Shown here one piece after another: positions 47,033 to 57,562 of a stretch of 64,000 nt of DNA. How positions within the stretch are numbered: position 1 is the first letter of the stretch; each line of letters starts with the position of its first letter. A program made the position numbers and the translations under genes. The notes beneath the pieces are model-generated. The model was not told where the DNA came from, searched no databases, and was given only the letters and a program-made list of their open reading frames with translations. Where the stretch lies: assembly GCA_963705425.1 (NCBI GenBank), contig CAVPJO010000009.1, forward strand, positions 189,184 through 253,183, read 5' to 3'. This DNA comes from an uncultured Chloroflexia bacterium. Its GTDB lineage: Bacteria; Chloroflexota; Limnocylindria; Limnocylindrales; CSP1-4.

Positions 47033-47994
47033 ATGCCCGACATGACCGCGCCGCTGAAGCTGGGCATCAACAACTGGAACCAGTACACCGACTGGGAGTC
47101 GTTCCTGGCCGCGCAGCAGCGCGCCGACCGCCTGGGCTTCGACTCCATCTGGACGTGGGACCACCTCTACCCCATCGTCGGCTCGCACGAGGGCCCCATC
47201 TTCGAGGCCTACACGGCCATGGCCGCGGTGGCCACCACGACCGAGCGTGCCAGCGTCGGCCTGATGGTCGGTGCCAACACCTTCCGCAACCCGGCGCTGG
47301 TGGCCAAGATGGTCACGACGCTCGACCACATCAGCGGCGGCCGGGCGGTGCTGGGCATCGGCGCCGCCTGGTTCGAGACCGAGCACGACGGCCTTCGGCC
47401 TGCCCTTCGGCGAGAGCCCCGGGGAGCGGCTGCGCTGGCTGCGCGAGGCGCTGCCCATCATGCGCGGCATGCTCGACGGCGAGCGGCCCACCGCCAGCGG
47501 GCGCTACACCACCGATGGCCGTGCTCAACCTGCCCGCGCCCGTCCAGGAGCACCTGCCCATCCTCATCGGCGGCAGCGGGCCGCAAGGTCACGCTGCGCC
47601 TGGTGGCCGAGTACGCCGAATGCCTGCAACATCGGCGGCGCGGCGGCGGACCTGGCCGAGAAGGACGCGGCCCTGGTGGCACACTGCGAGGCCATCGGCC
47701 GCGACGAGAAGACCATCGAGCGCACCGTCGGCATGGGCACGCCCTTCATCCGCGACTCACGCGAGGAGGCCTTCACCGTGATGGCCGATGTCTTCGCCGA
47801 CAACGGCGACGCCAAGACCTGGACGGGCATGCCCATCGGCACCGTCGAGGACGTCGTCGAGCACTGCAAGCCCTTCCTCGACCAGGGCTACCGCCACCTC
47901 ATCTTCGGCTTCCCGGCGCCGTACGACGAGGAGACGCTGGCGCGGCTGGCCACGCGAGGTCCGCCCGCAGCTCGAAGCCTACCTGTCCGCCTGA
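47033..47994 (+). CDS. LLM-class (probable F420-dependent) oxidoreductase, copy 2; frameshifted
   Basis: GFDSIWTWDHLYP and NTFRNPALVAKMVTTLDHISGGRAVLGIGAAW motifs. Confidence 0.88.
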
Positions 47995-48019
47995 CCCCCA
48001 CCGCAAGGAGCGACTGACG

Positions 48020-49017
48020 ATGCCTGACATGAACGCGCCCATCAAGCTCGGCGCCAACCTCTGGAACCAGTACACCGACTGGCCCGGCTTCCTCGACGGC
48101 ATGCTGCGTGCCGAGGACCTGGGCTACGACTCGCTGTTCACCTGGGACCACGTCTACCCCATCGTGGGCTCATGGGAGGGCCCGGCGCTCGAGACCTACA
48201 CGGCCATGGCCGCGGTGGCGGCGCAGACCAAGCGGGCCACCATCGGCCACCTCGTCACGGCCAACACCTTCCGCAACCCGGCGCTGCTGGCCAAGATGAT
48301 CACGACCATCGACCACATCAGCGACGGACGCGCCGTGCTGGGCATCGGTGCCGCCTGGATGGAGCCCGAGCACACCGGCTTCGGCATCGAGTTCGGCGAC
48401 CGGCCGGGCACGCGCCTGCGCTGGCTGGAGCAGTCGCTGCAGATCATCCGGGCATGCTCGCGGGCGAGCGACCCGTCGTCGCCCGAGGGCTCGCGCTACG
48501 ACGTCGAGATCGGTGCTGAACCTGCCGGCGCCGCGTGCAGAAGCGCATCCCCATCCTCATCGGCGGCTCGGGCCCAAGGTCACGCTGCGCCTGGTGGCCC
48601 AGTACGCCGACATGAACAACCTCGGCAACCCCATCGAGCCGCTGCACGACGTCGGACGGCCATCCTCCAGGAGCACTGTCGCGAAGCTCGGCCGGGACGA
48701 GAAGACCATCGAGCGCACCGTCGAGCTGCAGCGCGTGGTCATCCGCGACACGCGTGAGGCGGCCCTGGCGCGCGAGGCCGAGCTGCTCGGCCTACAACGG
48801 CGGCGCGGTGGACGACGAGGTCCGGCCGGGCTCGGCCAGCGTCGACTCCGACCGCATCATCGCGGGCAACCCCGACGAGGTCTTCGAACAGCTGAAGCCG
48901 TACGTCGAGGCCGGCTACCGCCACCTCATCTGCGGCTTCCCGCCGCCCTACGACGAGGAGACGATGCGCCGCATGGCGACCGAGGTGCGGCCGCGCCTGG
49001 AGGCGCTCGTCGGCTAG
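48020..49017 (+). CDS. LLM-class (probable F420-dependent) oxidoreductase, copy 3; frameshifted
   Basis: GYDSLFTWDHVYP and NTFRNPALLAKMITTIDHISDGRAVLGIGAAW motifs. Confidence 0.88.
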
Positions 49018-49238
49018 CCCGTCAGCGACAGATGACGTCGCACATAAGCCCGGGATAAGCGCGCGCTCGCTAGCCTGCGACTGCGCTCTGGGACCGGCCG
49101 CGTGACCGGCCACGGAGCTCGGGGCGCTCCCGTTCGACGACGGACCGCCGAGGTCGGGTCGTGACCGCCGGACGGCCCGCCGACACCTCACCCCGCCGCC
49201 TCCGCCCGCCGGCAGGAGCGATCGGCTTGAACGAGGCG

Positions 49239-49958
49239 ATGCCGCCGTGGCGGACGTTCTCATCGAGGCGCCGGCCGACCACGGCCACGAGCGCCGATCG
49301 CTCCGCGCCACCAGCGCCGTCGCCCTGCGCCCGTCCAGGCTGGCTGGTCGCCGTGCTCGACGGGCCTTGGTGGCCTGGCCGCGGCCGGATCGGCGCTGGC
49401 CATGCGCTCGCGGTCGTGGCCCTGGGCCTCGTGCCGCCGCTCGGAGCGGCATCGCCCTTCCTGCGGCGAGCCGCTCGATGCCGGCGCCGGCGCTGCCGAC
49501 CGGTCGTCGGGGACGCCGGCGTCCGAAGCGCTGCGGAGATCGTCGTCGACGTCGCCGGCGCCGTCGCCCGGCCCGGGCTGCACCGACTGCGCGCCGGTGA
49601 CCGTGTCGGCGATGCCATCGAGGCCGCCGGAGGCTTCGCGCCGCGAGCGGACCTGGCCGCCGCGAGCCAGTCGCTGAACCTCGCCCAGCCGCTCGAGGAT
49701 GGCATCAAGGTGCTGGTGCCCGAGCTGGGCATCGACGACCCACGCGAGGCCGCCCGCGACGACGGCCGCATCGACCTCAACCACGCCGACCAGGCGGAGC
49801 TCGAGTCGCTGCCCGGGCATCGGCCCGGTGACCGCCCGCAAGATCATCGAGGCACGAGCCGAGCGACCGCTTCGTCGGCGGTGGGCGACCTGCGAGCCGC
49901 GGCCTCGTGGGCGAGTCGGTGTTCGGCGACCTCAAGGACCTCGTGCAGCGCTGGCTAG
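49239..49958 (+). CDS. comEA: Competence DNA receptor ComEA (SLBB + HhH); frameshifted, start approximate
   Basis: VVDVAGAVARPGL..L..G.RV.DAIEAAGG, LNLAQPLEDG and IDLNHADQAELESLPGIGPVTARKIIEAR motifs. Confidence 0.9.
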   Translation: MPPWRTFSSRRRPTTATSADRSAPPAPSPCARPGWLVAVLDGPWWPGRGRIGAGHALAVVALGLVPPLGAASPFLRRAARCRRRRCRPVVGDAGVRSAAEIVVDVAGAVARPGLHRLRAGDRVGDAIEAAGGFAPRADLAAASQSLNLAQPLEDGIKVLVPELGIDDPREAARDDGRIDLNHADQAELESLPGHRPGDRPQDHRGTSRATASSAVGDLRAAASWASRCSATSRTSCSAG

Positions 49959-49974
49959 CACACCGAGGACACCG

Positions 49975-52480
49975 GTGTCCCGATTGCCGCGCGCCGGCTG
50001 GCTGGCCGTCGGCGCCGTGTCCGCGGCGCTGCTCGCCGAGGGTGGCCGCTTCGCGCTGCCGGTACCGGCCCCGCTGGCGCTGGCGGTCTGGGGCTCGCTG
50101 CTCGCTGGCGCGGTCGTGCTCGTGCTGCTGCGAGCGAGCACCGGGCGCGGCCCTGCTGCTCGCCCTGGGCACGGTCGGACTGCGCGCCGCGCTCGCGGCC
50201 CTCGTGGCCGGATCGACGCTGGCCTCGCCTCCGCTGCCGGAGGGCAGCGGCGAGTGGCGCGGGGTGGTCGTCGACGTGTCCTCGCCCTCGGGCGCCGAAC
50301 AGCGCGCCTTCGTCCACCTCGAGGCTCAGCCCGGTGCCGATGCCGGATGGCTCGTCTACGCCTGGCTGCCGCGCCATCCGGCGCTGGTGCCCGGCGATGC
50401 CATCGCCGTGCACGGCACGCTCCAGCGTCCGCCAGCCGATGCCCCGGGGTTCGCCGGCTTCCTCGAATCCCGCGGCGCAGGGGGTACGCTCAAGGCGCGC
50501 AGGCTCGAGTTGGTCGCGGGCGGCACCGGCTTCAGCGCTTCGGTCGAGCAGCTGCGCTGGGGTATCGATGGAGCTTTGTCGCGAGCCGTCCCCGAGCCCG
50601 AGGCCGGGCTTGCCTCGGGCATCCTCATCGGCCTGCGCGAACGCGTGAGCCGGGAGGTGGCCGACGACTTCACCATCACCGGGCTCACGCACGTGGTCGC
50701 CATCAGCGGCTGGAACATCGCCCTGGTGGCCGGCATCGCCACGGCATTGCTGCGTGCGACGGGCCTGAGCCGGCGGCCGCGCAGCGCCATCGTCATCGCC
50801 GCCATCGTGGCCTACACCATCCTCGCCGGCGCTGAAGCCAGCGTCATCCGTGCGGCGCTGATGGGCGGCGTCGTGCTCATCGCTCGCGAGAGCGGCCGGC
50901 CCTCGGGGGCCGCTGCCGCCCTGGGCCTGGCCTGCTGGGGCCTGCTGCTGGCGGAGCCGCGCATGATCGACGATATCGGTCTGCAGCTGTCGCTGGCGGC
51001 CACGGCCGGCCTGCTGGCACTGGGCGGTCCGGCCGAGGCTGCCGTGACGAGCCTCACGCGCCACCGTGCGCCCCGCTGGTTCTGCGAGACGCTGGGCGTT
51101 TCGCTGGCCGCACAGCTCTCGACGCTGCCGCTCATCCTGCTCCACTTCGGACGGCTCTCGCTCGATCTCTCCGCTGGCCAACCTGCTGGTGGCCCCGGTC
51201 GTGCCGCTGGCCATGCTCGGTGCGGCCATCGGCGTGCTCATGGGCCCGCTGCTCGGAGTGCCACTGGCCGGCCTGGGACTGGCGCCGCTCCTGCTGCTCG
51301 CGTGGTTACCGCTGATGCTGATGACCCGTGGGGCCGGGCTGCTCGCCGACGTGCCGCTGGCCACGGTCGAGCTGGCCGAACCGCTCGACCTTGTCGGCGC
51401 CGGTGGCGCGCTGCTGGCCCTGGTCGCGGCCTTGCGTCGCGCACGTGGGCAGCCGAAGGCCCGGGGCGCGACACTCGCGGGGCCGCCTCCCCTGCCCCTT
51501 CAGCCCCGACGTCGACGCCCCCGAGCGCTGGGCAGTGTGGGCCTGGCCGTGGTGCTCGGCGTCGCCATCTCGGCCAGCCTCGTCGCTCGCCCTGCGCCGT
51601 TGCTACGCGTGAGCGTGCTCGACATCGGCCAGGGCGACGCCATCCTGCTGGAGATCTCCAACGGCGGCCGCGTGCTCGTCGATGGTGGCCCCGATCCGGA
51701 CCTGCTGGTGCGCCGGCTCGACGAGCGCATCCCCGTGTGGGATCGACGTATCGACCTGGTGGTCCTGACACATCCGCACGAGGACCACGCCGGCGGCCTG
51801 GCCGGGCTGGTGCCGCGCTACGCCATCGGCCGCATCGCCGAGACGGACATGAACAGCGAGGGTGCCGGCGTGCGTGAGCTGCGGGCGGCGGCAGCGCGGC
51901 ACGGCATCGGCCGCGTGCGCCTGCTCCAGGGGGACAGCCTGTCGCTGGGCAGCGTCCGCGTCGACGTATTGTGGCCACCTCGGGAGGCCGTCCCCGACCG
52001 CGTGCTCAGCGACGGGCGTGCCATCAACGGGACATCGATCGTGCTCGCGGTCAGCCTGGGCCACCAGCGCCTTCTGCTCACCGGTGACCTCGAGGACGAC
52101 CACGATGCCGATGTCCTCGCCGCCATCGTGGACGACGGCCAGCGCTGGGACCTGCTCAAGGTCGCCCATCACGGCAGCGCCACCGCTTCGAGCCGAGCCC
52201 TGCTCGACGCACTCCGTCCACGGCTGGCTGCCATCAGCTCCGGGATCCGCAACCGCTACGGTCACCCTGCGGCGGCCACGCTCGACCGACTCAAGGGCGT
52301 CGGCGCGAAGGTCTGGCGCACGGACCAGCAGGGCACCCTTTCGGTCACGTTCGACGGCCGACCGCGTTCGGCATCGGCCCTGCTCGAGGGACCGACGCGT
52401 GTCGCCTGTGCGGGCCTCGCCCCCGGCCCGGCCCACGCGAAGGCCAGCCATGGCGACCCCTGCTACGCTCGACCTGATGG
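49975..52480 (+). CDS. comEC: DNA internalization competence protein ComEC/Rec2 with MBL domain; frameshifted, 3' end uncertain
   Basis: GLTHVVAISGWN, SVIRAALM, IGLQLS, LDIGQGDAIL, LTHPHEDHAGG, LLTGD, KVAHHGS, NRYGHP and RTDQQG motifs. Confidence 0.93.
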
Positions 52481-53145
52481 CGGTACCCACCAGAACCGAA
52501 GCGCTCTCACTGCTCATGTCCACCTCGCCCTCGCCCCGGCTGCTGCAGCACGTGGTGGTCGTGGCCGAGGTGGCCGCCTTCCTGGCCTATCGCGCTTCGC
52601 GTGCCGGCATCGTCGTCGACCGACGCCTGGTCGAGACTGCCGCGCTCCTCCATGACGTCGACAAGGCACTGCCGCTCGACCACCCGCTGCGAGCCCTGGG
52701 GCACGGCAAGGCCGGGGCCGTCTGGCTCAGCGAGGCCGGTCATCCCGAGCTGGCGCGAACCCTGGTGGCCCACCCGGTCACCCGCTTCACCGATCCCGAC
52801 GCCGCCCGCTGGGTCACGGATGCCCCCATCGAGGAGCGCATCGTCACCTACGCCGACAAGCGCGCCACGCAGCGCGTGGTCTCGCTGGAGCAGCGTTTCG
52901 AGCGCTGGCGCCGCAAGCACCCCGAGTACGCCGACCAGCTCGCTCGCGCCCTCGTGACCGCCTGCCGCCTGGAGACGACGCTGTGCGAGACCATCGGTCT
53001 CGACCCCACCGAGGTCGAGCGCCTGCGCTGGGTCGACGACGCCATCGCGCGAGCCATGGCCAACGGGTCGCTCTGTGAGCCGCGATCGCGGCTCGACGAC
53101 GATCGGGTAGCGGCCTTCACACCGGCCGATCCTTCGACAGCATGA
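52477..53145 (+). CDS. HD-domain phosphohydrolase
   Basis: LLQHVVVV, AALLHDVDK, GHG..GA, VAHP and EERIVTYADKR motifs; ATGA-coupled to holA. Confidence 0.85.
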   Translation: MAVPTRTEALSLLMSTSPSPRLLQHVVVVAEVAAFLAYRASRAGIVVDRRLVETAALLHDVDKALPLDHPLRALGHGKAGAVWLSEAGHPELARTLVAHPVTRFTDPDAARWVTDAPIEERIVTYADKRATQRVVSLEQRFERWRRKHPEYADQLARALVTACRLETTLCETIGLDPTEVERLRWVDDAIARAMANGSLCEPRSRLDDDRVAAFTPADPSTA

Positions 53146-54243
53146 GCGAGACGCCGCCGCTGGCCTACTTCTGGGGCGAGGACGCTTTCAGGATCGAGCG
53201 TGCTGCACGCACCTACGCCGAGCGCGTCTCGCCGCCCGGCGAGGTCATGGAGGTGTGGCGGGTCAGCCTCGACGACGACGCCGGCGACGAGGGCGGCAGC
53301 GCCTCGACCGCAAGACGCCGGGCGCGCGCACTCGACGGCATCGAGCAGCACCTGGGCATGGCCCCGCTATTCGGGGCCGGCACGCTCGTGGTCGTGCGCC
53401 AGCCGGCCGGCCTCCTCGCTGAGAAGGAGGCCCGGGGCCGGCTGCTCTCGCTCGCCGCTACGGTCCCATCGGGCAACGCGCTCTGCGTCACCGACCTGAT
53501 CGCCAGCGGCGCCAAGGGTCCCGCCGCCAAGGGCGTGCTCCACGACGCCATCAGGGACGCGGGTGGTGCCGTGCAGCAGTTCAAGACCCCCGGCGCCGGT
53601 CAGCTCGAGCCGTGGCTGGTCAAGCGTGCCGCCGAGCTCGAGTTCGAGCTCGAGCCCGCCGCGGCCCGCCTGCTCGCGGAACGGGTCGGCGGCCATATCC
53701 GCGAGGCCGACGTCGACCGCCGTCGCCGCACCGAGCTGGCCAATGGCGAGCTCGAGAAGCTGGCGCTCTACCGGCCCGGCGGCAGCATCGCGCCCGAGGA
53801 TGTCGAGGCTCTCGTGACCGAGACCATCCCCGGCTCGACGTGGGCCTTCCTCGACGCCGTCGGTGCCCGTGCCGGCTCCCAGGCCACGATCGCTGGCCGA
53901 GCGACTCCTCGCCGACGGCACGCCGCTGCCGGTGCTGGTCTCACAGCTCCACCGCCGTCTGCGCGATCTGATGCTGGTGCGCGAGCACCTCGACGCCGGC
54001 TCCACGCCGCCGCAGATCGTCAAGGAGCTGAAGCTGCAGCCGTTCCGCGCCAGGAAGCTCAGCGAGCAGGCCCGCAACTGGTCACTACCCGCGCTCGAGG
54101 CCGCCCTGGTCGAGCTGCTGGCGCTGGACCTTCGCTCCAAGGGCATCGCGCTCGACGGCTCGACGCTGCAGGTCTCCGAGAAGATCGACGCCCTCACGGT
54201 CCAGGTCTGGGTCGCCCGCCACGCAGCGGCCGCGAGCCGCTAG
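53142..54243 (+). CDS. holA: DNA polymerase III delta subunit; frameshift near 53890
   Basis: YFWGEDAF, PLFG..TLVVV, ELEKLALY, WAFLDAVG and LLALDLRSKG motifs; follows comEC. Confidence 0.88.
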
Positions 54244-54245
54244 AG

Positions 54246-55214
54246 GTGCGTCCCACCCTCGTCGGCCCCGGCTCGCACCGAGCTGCCGTGTGGCTGGCGC
54301 TCTTGGTGACCGTGCTCTGGTCCTCGTCATGGGTGATCATCCGCTGGGGACTCGACGACGAGGCGCTGCCACCGGTCATGTTCGCGGCCCTGCGCTACGG
54401 CCTGGCCGCCATCGTGCTGGTCGGCTGGCTCATCTCCCGCGAGCACGGCCGGCGCCACGAGTATCGCGTCAGCCGCGGCTACATCGCTCGCCTGGTGGTG
54501 CTGGGCGTCGTCATGTACGCGCTGACGCAGGGCGCCATCTTCGTGGCCCTCGATGCGCAGCCGGCAGCGACCACCAGCCTGGTCCTGGCCATGACCCCAC
54601 TCTTCGTCGCCGGCGGCGCGGCCATCTCGCTCGCCGAATTCCCCACGCGCGCGCAGGTGACTGGCGTCGCCTTCGTGGCCGTCGGCGCCCGGCTCTACTT
54701 CGCGGGTGACCTCAGCGCCACGACCACCGGTCTCATCGCGGCGCTCGTCGCACTGGCTGGCAACGTCGCTGCCGCCCTGCTCGGCCGCAGCGTCAATCGC
54801 GCAGGCGAGCTCCCGGCCATCGCCATCACGGCCATCAGCATGGCCATCGGCGCGGCCGCGCTGGTGTTCATCGCCATCGGCCTCGAGGGCATACCGCAGA
54901 TCTCGCTACGAGGTTGGCTCATCATCGTGTGGCTGGCCGTGGTCAACACCGCCTTCGCCTTCACGCTCTGGAACGTGACGCTGCAGCGGCTCTCGGCTGT
55001 GGAGTCGGCGAGCATCAACAACACCATGCTCGTGCAGATCGCGCTGCTGGCCTGGCTGTTCCTTGGTGAGGCGCCCGGCGCTTTCGGCTTGCTGGGCATC
55101 GCACTGGTGTCGGCCGGTGTCTACCTGGTGCAGGCGACCAACTGGATGCGGGCAGCGTCGTCCCAGGTCAGAACCAGCAAGGAAGGCTCGTCAGGCGAGG
55201 CGCCCGACCACTGA
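54246..55214 (+). CDS. DMT/EamA family transporter
   Basis: LWSSSW, P..FAALRY, AMTPLFV and AFAFTLWN motifs; about 10 TMs in two repeats. Confidence 0.9.
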   Translation: MRPTLVGPGSHRAAVWLALLVTVLWSSSWVIIRWGLDDEALPPVMFAALRYGLAAIVLVGWLISREHGRRHEYRVSRGYIARLVVLGVVMYALTQGAIFVALDAQPAATTSLVLAMTPLFVAGGAAISLAEFPTRAQVTGVAFVAVGARLYFAGDLSATTTGLIAALVALAGNVAAALLGRSVNRAGELPAIAITAISMAIGAAALVFIAIGLEGIPQISLRGWLIIVWLAVVNTAFAFTLWNVTLQRLSAVESASINNTMLVQIALLAWLFLGEAPGAFGLLGIALVSAGVYLVQATNWMRAASSQVRTSKEGSSGEAPDH

Positions 55215-55217
55215 CTG

Positions 55218-55484
55218 CTAGACCGGGAACTGGGTGGCGCGCTCCTGGGCCACGCCGTCCGACTCGATGGCGAAGACGCAGCGTCCGTCGGGGATGTCGA
55301 GGACCTCGAGCAGGTCGGGGTCGAGGTAGAGCTGGTGGCAGTCGGCACAGAGCGCGGCCGGGATGGCGAAGCAGAGGCGCTCGTCGCCGTCGGGCATGCG
55401 GAACGTCGTGTCGAAGCGCGAGTTGACCAGCTGGCGCTCACACTGCGGGCAGTTGTCCCGGAGCCACGTCATGGTTCGCATCAT
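55218..55484 (-). CDS. Small YgiT/MqsA-N-type zinc-finger protein
   Basis: CPQC...IPAALCADC.Q.Y.D spacing. Confidence 0.6.
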   Translation of the reverse strand: MMRTMTWLRDNCPQCERQLVNSRFDTTFRMPDGDERLCFAIPAALCADCHQLYLDPDLLEVLDIPDGRCVFAIESDGVAQERATQFPV

Positions 55485-55660
55485 CCTCAGCTCGGCGACC
55501 GGTACGCTCCGATCGACTCGAGAACCGATGCTACGGACGGATGTTGCCTACCCCCATGCCCCGGTGGTACCACGACCGGTCACCCTACCGGGGTAGAGAG
55601 GTACGGTGCAGGTCGGTGGACGAGCGGGGCAGGCCCCGGACCATCGGCTTGGCAGCCGGT

Positions 55661-56199
55661 CTAGACGATGTGCAGCGAGCAGCGAGGCCCCTGCACCAGA
55701 GCTTCTCGAGCTGGTAGAACTCACGCTCGGGCTTGCTCATGACGTGCACGATGACGCCACCGAAATCGACCAGCAGCCAGTGCGAGCTGGCGTCGCCCTC
55801 GCGGCTCAGCGGCGGGTCACCGTCCGCCTTGAGGCCCTCGATGATGCCGTCGGCGATGGCACCGAGCTGACGATCCGAGTTGCCCGAACAGATGACGAAG
55901 TAGTCGGTCATGGTGGTCTGACCGCGGACGTCGAGAAGCACGATGTCAGAGGCCTTCTTGTCCACGGCCAGCTCGACGACGCGGTGGGCCATGGCCAGTA
56001 CCGACTCGTCGACCGCATCGATGACGATCGGCCGCGATCGCTCCGCACCGGATCGCTTCCGGCTCGAGGGCAGTCCCGGCCGAGCCGCCTCGCGTGGATC
56101 GGGCACGCTCCCGGTCTCGTTCGGCTCGCTCGCCGTGGTCTGGGGCTCTTCGTTCACCGCTGTCGGTTCCTCCTCTATGGTCTGCTCGCTTGTCATCAT
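55661..56199 (-). CDS. rsfS: Ribosome silencing factor RsfS with an acidic N-terminal extension; indel at the 3' end
   Basis: DKKASDIVLLDV, DYFVICSGNSDRQ, WLLVDFG.VIVHVM and REFYQLEKLW motifs. Confidence 0.92.
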
Positions 56200-56910
56200 G
56201 CCTCCTCGGGTCCAGCCAGAGCCCAGCGCGCCGCTGCCTGGGCGTGCAGCGTGGTGGTCGGGAAGTAGGGCATGTCCACGTCGTCGGCGCTGACCAGCAG
56301 CTCGATCTCGGTGCAGCCGGCGATGATGCCGAGAGCGCCGCGCTCGGTGAGCCGGCCGACGACATCGAGGTAGCGGGCCCTCGATAGTGGCGAGATCGAC
56401 ACCCTGCACGAGTTCGTCGTAGATGACGTCGTGGACGAGTGCACGGTCGGGCTCATCGGGCACGATGACGTGGAGGCCGTGGCGCTCCAGACGCGCTCGG
56501 TAGAAGTCCCCCTCCATCGTGTAGCGCGTGCCCAGCAGCCCGACCTCGGCCAGGCCGGCTTCCACCACGGCAGCCGCGGCAGTGTCGGCGAGGTGCAGGA
56601 AGGGCACTTCGATGGCGGCTTCGATGGCCTCGGCACAGCGATGCATGGTGTTGGTGCAAAGCACGATGAGCCCGGCACCGGCATCCTGCAGACGCCGAGC
56701 GTCGGCGGCCAGCAGCTCGGCGGCACCGTCCCAGTCGTCATCGGCCTGCAGCCGCTCGATGACGCCGAAGTCGTAGGAGCGCAGCAACAGGTTCGCGGAA
56801 TGGACCCCGCCCAGCGCACGGCGCACCTCCGCGTTGATGATGCGCTCGTATTCGATCGACGACTCCGGGCTCATGCCGCCGAGCAACCCGATGGTGCGCA
56901 CCACGCTCAC
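56196..56910 (-). CDS. Aspartate/glutamate racemase family protein (RacX/YgeA-like); frameshift near 56390
   Basis: IGLLGGMSPES, LCTNTMH, GLLGTRYTME and IAGCTEI motifs. Confidence 0.92.
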
Positions 56911-57562
56911 CGCTCCCCTCCTTCGCGGTAGAGGCCCGCCTCACGGATGTAGCGGGCCACCGACGGGGGGACGAGGCCGTCGATGGGCTTACCGCCACGG
57001 ACGCGCTCACGGATCACGGTCGAGGCGATGTCGAGCTCCGGGCCGGGCAGGAAGGTGAAGCGCTCCTCCCGTCCCGGGAACTGCTCGGCCACCCAGCGAT
57101 GATCGAGCGGCTCGGCGCCGGGTCGCGGCGCGACGGCGATGCGTACCAGCTCCAGCACGCGCTCCGGCTGCGCGCCAGCTCAGCGAAACCCTCGAGCACC
57201 TCGGCCGAGAGCACGAACCAGGGCTCCGGCCGTCCCTCGGCCAGACTCTGCGCGGCCAGCGCGGCCACGGTCTCGACGGCATAGCTGGGCCCGGGACGCT
57301 CGAGCTCGATGCGCGAGAGCGCGAACGCCGGCTCACCCGCGATGGCCAGCGCGACCATGGCCTCGCGATGGACGGCGGCGGTGACGCGCTGGTCCTGCTT
57401 GTGTGGTGGGTCGGCGTTGGGCACGAAGAGCAGCTGCTCCACATCGAGCTCCGCGAGCGCCTCACGGGCAAGGGCCAGATGCCCGTCATGGATGGGATCG
57501 AAGGTGCCCCCCAGGATGCCGATGGCTCTCGGGTCCGTGCCCACCGCTCGGGGCCTCGTCAC
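56907..57562 (-). CDS. nadD: Nicotinate-nucleotide adenylyltransferase; frameshift near 57170
   Basis: GILGGTFDPIHDGH, PPHK, GPSYAVET, IASTVIRER and VPPSVARYI...LY motifs. Confidence 0.93.

Noticed and set aside
53142-55214. HolA-EamA fusion (690-aa ORF)
   Set aside because: Artefact of the indel near 53890; holA ends at TAG 54243 in the other frame and the DMT gene starts at GTG 54246
55585-56910. Racemase-RsfS fusion (441-aa ORF)
   Set aside because: An indel near 56390 joins frames; the racemase C-terminus (GCTEI) ends at 56196 in another frame
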